A stretch of 63,104 bases of DNA, counting the filler, from Saprolegnia diclina VS20 (Eukaryota), in NCBI RefSeq assembly GCF_000281045.1. It is 5 parts of 2 records of this genome, joined end to end, with 100 filler letters (N's around TTAATTAATTAA, not from the genome) between each part and the next. Parts side by side here need not be neighbours in the genome. Positions count along the whole stretch, not along the records: positions 33,794 to 51,802 come from NW_008246069.1; 4 more parts are not named here. One strand, 5' to 3'. The first letter of the stretch is position 1, and each line of letters opens with the position of its first letter. Positions 39,026-49,089 of this stretch are shown in pieces. The notes under the pieces were generated by a model. The model saw only the letters and a list, made by a program, of their open reading frames with translations. It had not been told where the DNA came from and ran no database searches. The position numbers were made by a program, and so were the translations under genes.

Positions 39026-41346
39026 ATGACCAAGCGGGCGGCCGAGGACGGGCTGCCCGAGGGATGGGTTCTGCAGCACTCCAAGTCCAAAAACAAGCCG
39101 TTCTATGTCCACGTAGCTACGCAAAAGACGCAGTGGCACCTGCCCACGCCGGCCAAACCGCCCAAGCAGGCCAAGCCAGACAAGGCGGCGACCAAGCCTG
39201 ACCCGTTCTCGCTTGTGCCGCCGGCGACGGTGGCGGCTGTCACACGTGCGTTCCGCGTCGGCGCCGCGCAAAAGCAGCGCAACGGAAGCATACATGTCTT
39301 TCAGCCGTGGCCGCACCAAGTCCGCGCGGTCGCCAAGCTCGTGCACGCCGTCTCGACGGCATCGGACCCTGGCGCTAACTATTTGATTCAGCACAGCACG
39401 GGCTCGGGCAAGTCGGTGACGCTGGCGTGCTTGGTATCTTGGTATCTCAGTCCACGACCTCGAATGCAATCGAATGGTGTCGTAGGCGTACCAGCTGCTC
39501 TACACGTCGGATGCGTCTGGCCATGGCTTTCACACGGTCATCATCCTCGTCGACCGCATCAAACTTGACCAGCAGCTTGGCGACACTGTCGAAGCCTTCT
39601 TGCACCAAAACGGGATGGAAGCAATCTACCGTGCGGAGAGCATCGAGCACCTCAGCGCCATTGTGCGCAAGTCGGACGACCAAAAGGTAATTGTGACGAC
39701 GACGCACAAGCTCAGCCAGCTCGTGAACGACAAGGTGCTTCTGGCACGGCTTTTGCATGCGTCGACGGCCAGCAGCAGCGCCACGTACAAGCATCTAGCG
39801 ATCCTCGCGGACGAAGCCCACCGGTCGCACACGTCGTCGACGCGCGTCTCGATCGACACGGTGCTGCAAGCGCTCTCGACCGATGCATGCAAGACCATGG
39901 TATACAACTATATTCTCCTTCTATGGAATGTATTGTCTTATGCTGTGACTAGTATGTGGGCTTTTCGGCGACGCCAAGTGTCCAGGCGCTCGAGCTCTTT
40001 GGCTCGGGGGTCGACCCGCGCGCGCCATTCGATACGCACTCGCTCACAGACGCGATCGCCCACAAGCACATTGTCGACGTGCTGTCCCATACAACGTTTC
40101 TACAGAGTCCACTCGTGTCGCCGTCGATTTTTGCCAAAGTGAAGTCGATGATGCAGCACTTTGTTCGGCTCAAAACCAAGGTCATTTTTGGCAAGGTATT
40201 GGATTCGCTGCTTTCGTATCCGAATGCTATATAGTTATGAACGAGGTGTAGTGTCTGGTAGTCGTGCGCAGCCGCAAGGACGTTGTCGCGTACCACACTG
40301 CGATCCAGTCGTACATGGCGGCCCAGTACGTGCTTTGATTTCTGCAAATTTCTTATTTTTCGTATTTTTGAAAAGGAAGACAATGACACTTGTAGGGGAT
40401 GGCCGACCCAAGTTTATTGCACGTTCAGTGCGTTTGACGGCCTTAGCGAGAAGCAGCTCAACACCACGTGCACCCTCTCGCTCGCTGACGTCATTGTTGT
40501 CTGTGACAAGCTCGACACGGGCTACAACGAGCCGGGGTTGATCGCCATGTACATTGACCGACCGCTTTCGCGCCACGCGCACATTGTGCAGCTGCTGAGC
40601 CGCTTGAACCGAGCACGCGACGGAAAGGCTCGTGTCCATATCGTCGACTACTGCAACCACCCGCTGACGGTACCTCCGTCATTTGAACATGTAGGGTTAG
40701 GGTACAATGCCCTAGATTTGGGCCGCGTTCGCCGCCTACGCCCACGCCAAGGTGCTCTACACGCGCAAGACGGACCGCCGACACTGGCGCCGTAGCTACG
40801 AGATGTCACGCCTCTTGCTTCTCGAGACGCTGCCGGGGTACCTCTTTCAAGGCACGGTGTACGTGGGGGAGGCGGCGCCACCGACACCATTGCAAGTCGC
40901 TGCAAGCGTCGCCATCTTGGATCCCGATGTGCAGAGCCAGATCCGATTTGGCCTCAAAACATATGTGGCCGCGTCCCAGGCACTAAGCACCGAGTGTCCG
41001 CTGCTGCCCGTCACGTGGGTGGAGGCGCTCAAGGGCGAGCTGGATCGCCAGGGAAGAGACAAGACAGACGTGCAAGAGGAGAGCACTGTGGCTGGTAGCG
41101 ACGAGGCGGCCTTCGACATCATGTACGACGGACCGTTGCCGTTTGATTCGGAGGTACGGGTCGTGATCGTGTAGAATTATGTCATGTGAATGACGCTAGA
41201 CACTGCGAGGGCGGTACGGCTACCTCAGTGCGCTCCTCTCTGGCGACACGAAAGCAACGTGCCAAGAGATCCGTGAGTCCCCCAAGGATGCTCTCGACAA
41301 GCGAATTGCCTCGTTGCGAGCGGCCCTGCAGAAGGGTGTGCCGTAA
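39026..41346 (+). CDS. WW-domain + HsdR-like (type I restriction enzyme R subunit) SF2 ATPase/translocase; multi-exon, 3' end uncertain
   Basis: WW: LPEGWVLQHSKSKNKPFYVHVATQKTQWHLP. Motor motifs in order: PWPHQVRAV, YLIQHSTGSGKS, VIILVDRIKLDQQL, VTTTHKL, ILADEAHRS, YVGFSATP, KCLVVVRSR, VVCDKLDTGYNEPGLIAMYIDRPL, VQLLSRLNR, IVDYCN. Confidence 0.85.
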
Positions 41347-41767
41347 ACCGTAAACCACAGCGCCGCTTGAGGTTAGGGTACTGTGTTGGCGTCCCGCAGC
41401 TTGGTAGAAATCAAGTTTCGTGCCAACATTACTAGCTAGCCAAATGTATAATTATGTGGTAAGCTCTCGCTGGGCTGTCCGACAGGCAAGCCTCGGCACC
41501 TGCAGCAAAATGCCTCGAGCAGCTCCGTCCTGTAAACCAGTTGATGATGAAGCATCATGAGGGCTAACGTAGTGCATCCTCTCGTCGTGCTGTCGTGCTG
41601 TGAGTGCTGGTGCGATGACCACCAGCACTCACCGCTTGCACAACCCTTCAACAGGATCGGACTGTGTGGCGTCTGAGAGGTCCGACTCATCCGGATACTG
41701 TCGTCACGGCCAATCGGAGCGCACCAACACTCACGCGTGTCAATTTGGCCGAGTGGCCGAGACAGAT

Positions 41768-41783
41768 GCTCATTTCCACATTC
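41768..41783 (+). promoter_or_regulatory. INR-like core promoter (with an upstream CCAAT near 41710) for the 2H gene
   Basis: gctcatttccacattc resembles the oomycete YCATTYY initiator and lies just upstream of ATG 41796. Confidence 0.5.
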
Positions 41784-41795
41784 ACCACAAGAGCC

Positions 41796-42368
41796 ATGAA
41801 GAACGCGCTGCCCTCGCACCTCTCGCACCAAGCCGCGCTTGCTGTCATCCTGCACGAGTCGAGCCCGCACTACGACGGCGTCCAGCGGGTCCGCGCGGCG
41901 CACGACAAGGCGTTCCAGCGCTGGCCGCCGCACATTAACCTCCTCTACCCGTTTCTGAACGCACCGAGCGAGCAACTGCCGATGATCGCCGAGCGGGTTC
42001 AGCGCGCCGTCGCCAACGTTGCGCCGATCGACGGCGGCTTTGCGTCCTTGAGCCAGTTCCAGCACTCGGCCCGGCGCGCGACCGTCTTTTTGGCACCGGA
42101 CGCATCGACGCACGACGCGCTCGTGTCGCTCCAGGCCAAGCTCCAGGCGGCGTTCCCCGAGTGCGACCATGACAAGCGAGCGTTCGCGCCGCATTTGACG
42201 CTGGGCCAAGCGGAGGGCGGTGTCGCGGCCACGGCGGCGCTCCGAAGCGCGATGGAGACGCAGCTGCTCCCGCTGCCGCCGTGGGCAATTGCGAGCATCG
42301 TTGTCCTCGAGCGCAACGGACGCGACGACCCGTTCCGCGTCGTCTACGAAGTGCCACTGCGCGGGTAA
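41796..42368 (+). CDS. 2H phosphoesterase (2'-5' RNA ligase-like, LENG9-type), 190 aa, intronless
   Basis: Two His motifs: RWPPHINLLYPF and FAPHLTLGQ. Confidence 0.88.
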   Translation: MKNALPSHLSHQAALAVILHESSPHYDGVQRVRAAHDKAFQRWPPHINLLYPFLNAPSEQLPMIAERVQRAVANVAPIDGGFASLSQFQHSARRATVFLAPDASTHDALVSLQAKLQAAFPECDHDKRAFAPHLTLGQAEGGVAATAALRSAMETQLLPLPPWAIASIVVLERNGRDDPFRVVYEVPLRG

Positions 42369-42605
42369 TTCCATCGCGAAAACAAATCATTTTGACAAAA
42401 ATAATCCACTACTACATGGGTACATATCCCAAACAGATGAGTTCTACTTGATATAATCGTTTAGGGCACTAGAAAATATAACTATGCATATTTGAATGGT
42501 CTTTATTTCTCAAGTTGATACATTGAAAATATCAAGCGGCACTGTGCAGCATGGCGAACTTGCTTCACTGACAAGAAGACCACACGATACGCCATTCGAC
42601 AAAAC

Positions 42606-44441
42606 ATGTCCTCCAACACACACTGCGTTGCCATCGACATTGGCACGTCGAGGGTTCGTGTCGGCGTCTGGCGCAACGGCCGCGTGCATGTCCTTGCGCT
42701 GGACGGCGCCGAGAGTCTTCCCGCGGTCGTAGCCTTTACAGACACACTCACGCTGTTTGGACACCAAGCCAAAGCATACGCCCAAGACCATCCAACGAAC
42801 GTCGTCTCGAACGCCTTGCAGCTTCTTGGTCGCCGTATGAACGACCCAATCGTCCAAGCCGCGGTGGCGGGCGCGCCATTCCGAATCCGTGCGTCCTCGG
42901 ACAAGACGCCGCTGATTTGTGTACAACACCAAAGAAGCGCGTGTACGTACTACCCACAAGAGATCATTGCCATGCTCCTCGAGCACGTCAGAACGTCGGC
43001 CGAATGCCACCTCGGCTCGTGTCTCGACCACGCGGTCGTGACTGTGCCGGCAACGTACACGACCAGTCAGCGCCAAGCCATCGTGGACGCTGCGACAATG
43101 GCTGGGTGGACTGTCGATCGACTTTTGAGTGCCACGACGGCAGCCGCCATCGCCCAAGTCCACGCAACCGGTGCTGACAAACGCAGGTTGCTGGTGGTCG
43201 ACGCCGGAGCGAGCGCGGTCACAGCCTCGGTCGTGACGGCCGAATACGATACGTTTACTGCCCACGCATCGGCGAGCGACATGCATGTCAGTGGCTCGGC
43301 AATGGACGCGCGCCTCGCAGCGTACTGTATGTCTTCGTGGAGGCCTTCGATCATAGGCAACGATTTCGCCTTCTCTGCGTCAACCAAGCAACGCCTCCTT
43401 TCCGCATGCGAAGCTGCGCGCTGTGCTCTCTCGACGACCAACGAGACGCAGTTGTGCATCCCGCGGCTGTACCGAGACGAGGATGTGGCGCTTTCTCTCT
43501 CGCGCGAAAAGCTCGACGCTTTGGTCGACCATCTCATGGACAAAGTCGTCGTCCTTGTCCGCAAGGTCCTCCAGCAAGCAAAGTGCGTCAAAGATGATGT
43601 GGAAGATATCGTCCTTGTCGGCGGCGTCGCGTCGATGCCGTACTTGCAGTCGACACTCTCCAACGTATTTTGTGGCAAAACGGTCGCCTGCTTGGCTACG
43701 CCGGCGGTGGTCGCGGGGGCAGCGCTCTACGTCGCCAGTACGACCGCATCGAGCGACTCCGTCGTCCGTCCCATTGCCATCCACGACGCGCTCTTGACTC
43801 CTATTTGGGCGGCCGCCGCCGGCCACCACTGGAGAACAGTGTTCAATGTTCCCGTGCTCTCTGGCACGGCGACCCACACGTTCCAGTCGAATGGCAGCGG
43901 ACCCTTTGTTCTGCTCATGTACGAGGGTGATGTCGGCTTCAGCGATTCGAGCCATCTCCAGGGCCGGTGGCACATCGAGACCTTGCGCAGCACCCGGTTC
44001 ATTGACGTGGCGTTTGTCATCGACGAAGGCACGGGCGTTCTCCGCGTCGCCGCATTCGACAAGAGCACGCAGGAAGGCCTCTCCGTGGTCAACTCTGACA
44101 GCGCCACGTCACGACGAAAGCTGCAGCACCTTTGCGCTCAAGCGATGGCGCGGCATCACATAGCGCGACAGAAGGTCCTTTTGGCGCGGGCTAAGGCGGC
44201 TGCCAACGACTTTACGTATTCGCTTCGCAGTACGTGGCACAGCGACGAAGCTTCTCGCCACCGCGTTGGAGACCCATCGAGAGACGAGCTCGACGATGCG
44301 CTCGCAGCGGCCATCAAGTGGCTTCTTCTGAACCCAAATGCAACCATCGAAGAGTACGACGATGTCCGCGTCCAGCTGGAGACTGTGAGCCGCCGCGTGT
44401 TGGCGCTAGCCGCGGAACCTTCGTGGATGCTGCCCGAGTAG
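42606..44441 (+). CDS. Divergent Hsp70-family protein, copy 1, intronless
   Basis: AIDIGTS, PAVVAFTD, YYPQEIIAMLL, AVVTVPA, QRQAIVDAA, IVLVGG. Catalytic motifs are degenerate and there is no EEVD. Confidence 0.9.
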   Translation: MSSNTHCVAIDIGTSRVRVGVWRNGRVHVLALDGAESLPAVVAFTDTLTLFGHQAKAYAQDHPTNVVSNALQLLGRRMNDPIVQAAVAGAPFRIRASSDKTPLICVQHQRSACTYYPQEIIAMLLEHVRTSAECHLGSCLDHAVVTVPATYTTSQRQAIVDAATMAGWTVDRLLSATTAAAIAQVHATGADKRRLLVVDAGASAVTASVVTAEYDTFTAHASASDMHVSGSAMDARLAAYCMSSWRPSIIGNDFAFSASTKQRLLSACEAARCALSTTNETQLCIPRLYRDEDVALSLSREKLDALVDHLMDKVVVLVRKVLQQAKCVKDDVEDIVLVGGVASMPYLQSTLSNVFCGKTVACLATPAVVAGAALYVASTTASSDSVVRPIAIHDALLTPIWAAAAGHHWRTVFNVPVLSGTATHTFQSNGSGPFVLLMYEGDVGFSDSSHLQGRWHIETLRSTRFIDVAFVIDEGTGVLRVAAFDKSTQEGLSVVNSDSATSRRKLQHLCAQAMARHHIARQKVLLARAKAAANDFTYSLRSTWHSDEASRHRVGDPSRDELDDALAAAIKWLLLNPNATIEEYDDVRVQLETVSRRVLALAAEPSWMLPE

Positions 44442-45015
44442 AAAAACCTGCGGTTGGCATGTCCCAATTGTCTTGCATGGCATCGTCCAAGCGTCATGTC
44501 ATATGACATACCGGGAAGTAGAATGGTCAATTCGTCTAGATAAGTATAACATGTATCCGTACGCAGCTCACTCCCAACGACCAAGTGCTGGTGCCAACTC
44601 CCACGCATTCAGGCGTATGCGAAGTCTTTGTGTAATTATGAAGACAACGCGGAACACGTTCATATATAAAGATAACGCGAAACACGTTCATATGTATATC
44701 AATACATTCCCACTTTTCCCTTGTCCAGGTCTCCCTTCCGAGGCGTACGCACATGCTCACGAGCGTATGTGTCACTTGACGCGACGAGCGCCAAGCCATC
44801 GATCTCGTGCTTTTGTGTTCATTACATCCCAACAGCCGGTCCTTTGTGAGGCAAAACAAATCACCACGTCGTCTCCGCAACAGAACGATGCCGTCATGTT
44901 TCAAGTCTAAGTATCAAGTACGTACCATCTGTTTACCATCGACTTGATACATTTGGTCAACACGCGCGATCTCGTGCCACTTGCAGTGGTCCGCATTTCG
45001 AAGCTTTCGACGAAC

Positions 45016-46881
45016 ATGACAACCGACATTGCCATTGACATTGGCACGTCCAACCTGCGTGTCGGCGTGTGGCGCAACGACCGCGTCGAGCTCCTGGCCC
45101 TCGACAGCGACGGCGCGACGGCCCTGCCTGCGTACGTCGCGTTCACCGATGCCGGACGTCTTGTCGGGCGCCGCGCCAAAGCCTATGCTGCTACCGACGC
45201 CGCCAACGTCGTTTTTCGCATGACGCGCTTCCTCGGGCGCTCGATGCGCGATCGCGGCGTCCGCGCCGACTGCGACAAGGTGCCGTTTCAAGTCGTGGCC
45301 TCCAGTGACGACAAGCCCCAAGTGCGCGTGACATTAAACGGCCAACCCTCGACGTTCGACCTCGAAGAGGTCTTGGCCACGCTCTTGGAGCACACCAAGG
45401 CGATGGTCGACGAGCAGCTGACGGTGGGTTACGTGACGTTGACGGTTCCCGCCGCCTTTACCACGACCCAGCGCCACGCAGTGCTTGACGCTGCGGCTAT
45501 CGCAGGGCTCAACGTGCGCAAGCTGTTGAACGCGCCGACTGCCGCGCTTGTCACCTACATGAACATGCATCCGCGAATGCGCGAGGAGCGGACCGTCCTG
45601 ACGGTGACCGCCGGCGCCGGTTCGCTTGGCGTTGCCATCACGGTTGATGAGAGTGCTCTGAGCACGGCTGTGGCGACGTCTGGAAACGCGCACCTCGGTG
45701 GCCTCGACATTGACGAGCGCCTCGTGCGGCACTGCATCGCGGCCTTTGAACGCACCATCGGCTGCGACGTGCGCCTGTCCCCGCGTGGCTTGCAGCGACT
45801 GCGCACCGCGTGTGAAGAGGCGAAAATCGCGCTCTCGACAGCGACGACGACCACCGTCGAAGTGCCGCGTCTTTCGGGCGAGAACGACTTGGTTGTCGTT
45901 GTCTCGCGCGACCAATTGAATCAGCTCGCGCGCGAAATGATGGCGCAGCTCACGGCGCTTGTCGTCAAGGCTCTCCAAACGGCCAAGCTGGATAAGAACA
46001 ACATTGACGACATTGTTCTTGCCGGCGGCCTCGTGCGCATGCCGCTGCTGAAGACGACGCTCGTCGACTTGTTTCACGGCCAGCGCGTCCGCTTGGTGGG
46101 TAACCCAGATGAAGCGATCGTCACTGGCGCGACCCTGTACACTGCCAATGCGACCCTGCGCGCCACCGGCCGCGATGTGCTCGCCTGTCAGTGCCTTCCG
46201 ACGCCCTTCTGGGTCGCGACAGAAGCCCGACACCCGCAGTACCTTGCTCGCGGCGCAACAGACTACTTCTCCACGACAGAGGATATGTTCACGACGCAAG
46301 CCAATCAACCCGACATCACCCTGCTCGTCTACGAAGGTCTTCTTGGTCAGCGTGACACGAGCCACCTCCAGGGCAAGTGGCGTGTCGGGCCACTGCCGAA
46401 CGGTATCCCCCGAGGCGCGACGGTCCAAGTGGGGTTTCAAATCTGTCACGCCACCGGTACGCTGCAAATTAGCGCCACCGTGGACGACAAGCCAATTCCA
46501 GCGACCAACGAGTTGGCCCCGACGACGCGCGGTCGCATGTGCCGCCTCATCCAAGAAGCTGCGACGCGTCGCCAAGTTGACGGGAGACAGCACATCCACG
46601 CAGCCCGCGCAGCTGCCAAAGCTGCCGCCACCGAGTACACCATGCGTCTCCGCGAGGCGTGGCATGGCGATGCCATCAGCCGCAACCGTGTGAGCGAAGT
46701 GACGCGGGACGAGCTCGATGACGCGCTCGCGCTTGCACTCAAGTGGCTCATCTTGCATCCGAATGCGAATACGGTCGAATACGAAGTCGTACGCTTCAAA
46801 CTCGAAGCTGTCGGTAGCCGCGTGGTCGAAGCCCTCTATGACATGGACGCAGCCCCGTCTTGGCGCCTTCCGGCTTATTAA
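45016..46881 (+). CDS. Divergent Hsp70-family protein, copy 2 (tandem paralogue), intronless
   Basis: AIDIGTS, PAYVAFTD, TVPAAF, HLGGLDIDERL, LRTACEEAKIALS, NPDEAIVTGA. No EEVD. C-terminus shared with copy 1. Confidence 0.9.
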   Translation: MTTDIAIDIGTSNLRVGVWRNDRVELLALDSDGATALPAYVAFTDAGRLVGRRAKAYAATDAANVVFRMTRFLGRSMRDRGVRADCDKVPFQVVASSDDKPQVRVTLNGQPSTFDLEEVLATLLEHTKAMVDEQLTVGYVTLTVPAAFTTTQRHAVLDAAAIAGLNVRKLLNAPTAALVTYMNMHPRMREERTVLTVTAGAGSLGVAITVDESALSTAVATSGNAHLGGLDIDERLVRHCIAAFERTIGCDVRLSPRGLQRLRTACEEAKIALSTATTTTVEVPRLSGENDLVVVVSRDQLNQLAREMMAQLTALVVKALQTAKLDKNNIDDIVLAGGLVRMPLLKTTLVDLFHGQRVRLVGNPDEAIVTGATLYTANATLRATGRDVLACQCLPTPFWVATEARHPQYLARGATDYFSTTEDMFTTQANQPDITLLVYEGLLGQRDTSHLQGKWRVGPLPNGIPRGATVQVGFQICHATGTLQISATVDDKPIPATNELAPTTRGRMCRLIQEAATRRQVDGRQHIHAARAAAKAAATEYTMRLREAWHGDAISRNRVSEVTRDELDDALALALKWLILHPNANTVEYEVVRFKLEAVGSRVVEALYDMDAAPSWRLPAY

Positions 46882-47289
46882 CTTGCGTACTATACTTTCT
46901 ATCTATGACCATGTCCTTGCGGGTCCGTTTTGCGCGAGCAGCTAGGACCTGGCACTAGCACCGCCATGATGGTCATCCCGATGATGATCACGATGGACTG
47001 GCAAGCAGTGTGATGGGCAATGTGAGACGAGCGACACGGTGCCGGCGCTCGTACTGTGTACTGACCAGCGCTTGCAACTGGCTATTCGATATCGCAATTG
47101 CTATGACATACAGGAAGGACAAGTTGTCCTTTGCCAAAGCTACACATTCTGTGCACTCTCCGCTGGACCCGAAAACATGACAACCTGCTGGCTTTTCTGC
47201 CGCCGAAGAAACCGCTTGGTCGGCCGCGGTCTGTGATTGGTCGAATTAGGCCAATGGCATCGGAGCGCCAAAACGGAAACCAGCCGACG

Positions 47290-48448
47290 ATGAGCGTGCC
47301 CGAAGCCGAGCGCCTCGACCAGCTCCGCGCCCGGAAGCGCCGCAACTCGCACGCATGGCGGCAGCGGCAGCGGGTGCGCCTCCATCTTCTATGGTCATAG
47401 CGCTCATCGCCTGCACTGTAGAGCTCCATGGAGACGTTGCGCCGACAAATGGCGGACCTCGAACGCTACGTCGCGGGCCTGCACCTCGTGCTCGGGAGCG
47501 CGCCCGACCGCACGCAGAACGTCGATCTCTCGCGCAGGTTCTCCAACCTCCTCATCGAGAAAGAGTTTCTCAAGCGCGAGACGGCGACGCTCCAGGCTGC
47601 GCTCGACCGGCGCAACTTGTTCTTGCGCGCGGTGCAGCCCTCGATCGTACGTCGCTTTATCTTGATTGATGCATCCTCATGGCAATGGATGTTATTAGCC
47701 ACGCTGCGACTTGTCAGATCCACGTATCCAGGACGACATGTTCCTGTTCGACCACCTCCAAAACGTCATGCGCCACGTCCACCACGATATCCCCGCGGCG
47801 CTCGCCAGCGGCAACCCGAGCGTCGACATGATCCACGGCTGGCGCGCCGAGTCGATCGAGGACGGGCTCAAGCTCATGTTTAAGCTCGAGCGCACGGTCG
47901 GCTTGCTGCACCTCGACGACGTGCGCTACATGAGCGAGTACCACTGGGCGCAGCGCAACCAAAAGGAGACGTACCTCAACATCAACAAAAAAGCTGTCGA
48001 CTTTTCGGTACGACAGATTGTCCATCATGTCGTTGATGTAAAATATTGTCGTCTAGGTCATTCGCCGGCCGCAGCAAGATTTGAGCATCGTCGAATGCAT
48101 TCTCAAGGACCCGGACGCGGTCCGCGTCATGATCCAGTTCCAGACGTATTTGACCAACGGTTTTGACTACTGCACGATCAACCTCTCGCCCGACTTGAAT
48201 CGCATGACAACCTTTATGCTGTACGCCTAAATTCAAGGTGGTCTAGTTGAACAAAATGTCACCGTAGGGTCTCGGTGCGCGTGGCGCATGGCGAGATTGT
48301 CACGACAGCGGTTGGCGGCGGCACGGCGATTGTCGACTTGCCCAACGCACTGCTTCTGCGCGGCCTCGTCTCCCAGCTCAACCAATGGGAAAACGTCCTC
48401 CGCGCCCATTACGGCCAACCGGAAACCGAGTCGGTGAGCCCTCGCTAG
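47290..48448 (+). CDS. bZIP-like transcription factor (oomycete type); multi-exon
   Basis: Basic region RLDQLRARKRRNSHAWRQRQR followed, after an intron, by the heptads METLRRQMADLERYV. An alternative upstream ATG exists at 47254. Confidence 0.6.
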
Positions 48449-49089
48449 TCGACTTGACCGACTAGCGACTGGTCGCGTCGACAATTTTGAACGTCCATCG
48501 TCCTCTGTAACATGTGTGCATTTGATCTCTATCTCGCCGCAGGGTCGCCTGCGCCTCTTTGTTGCAAACACGGAGCTTCAGTACAGCAGGCGTTGTCGAT
48601 AGGAATACGAGTTGGTCGCCGGCGCTGCAGACGGCTGTTAAATGACTTGCGCACATCGCGAATCTTAGACGTGTACCTAGTGTTGTCATGCACTTTTGTG
48701 TCGTGTTGAAGCGACTTTGATAGGCTTCAAATGCTTGCAAAAGGGTCAACCGAATACTTGAGATGCAGCTAAGCGTAGCTCGGCGATCGAGTGTTCCAGG
48801 TGCGAAGTCGATGGCGGTGGTGCCATGTCTTGTTGGAGCCAAAGCAAGGACTTCACGCAATGGTGCCACAGTACCAGCTAAGTTTTTACTGTTCACGCAC
48901 TTAGTTGCTAGTGCCGTACTCACACGTGAGGTCGTATGTATATCGATGGCTGGTGCCATCACCAAGGGCATCAATGGCCCTCTCGTTGTCGTCATCTTGG
49001 ACAGGTTGTCCATATCCTCCACACTAAATCGAGAGCAGCAGACTATTTCTCCTCCTTTGTTGGTTTCAGGGACTTTTCAAAGCGACGCC

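Noticed and set aside
39026..41346. Bacterial contamination or a functional restriction-modification system as the explanation for the HsdR-like gene
   Set aside because: The gene has spliceosomal introns, a WW domain and eukaryotic neighbours, and lacks a nuclease domain and hsdM/hsdS.
48940..49010. ITKGINGPLVVVILD resembling the V-ATPase B subunit N-terminus
   Set aside because: The similarity is limited to a few residues with no continuation, so it is probably chance.
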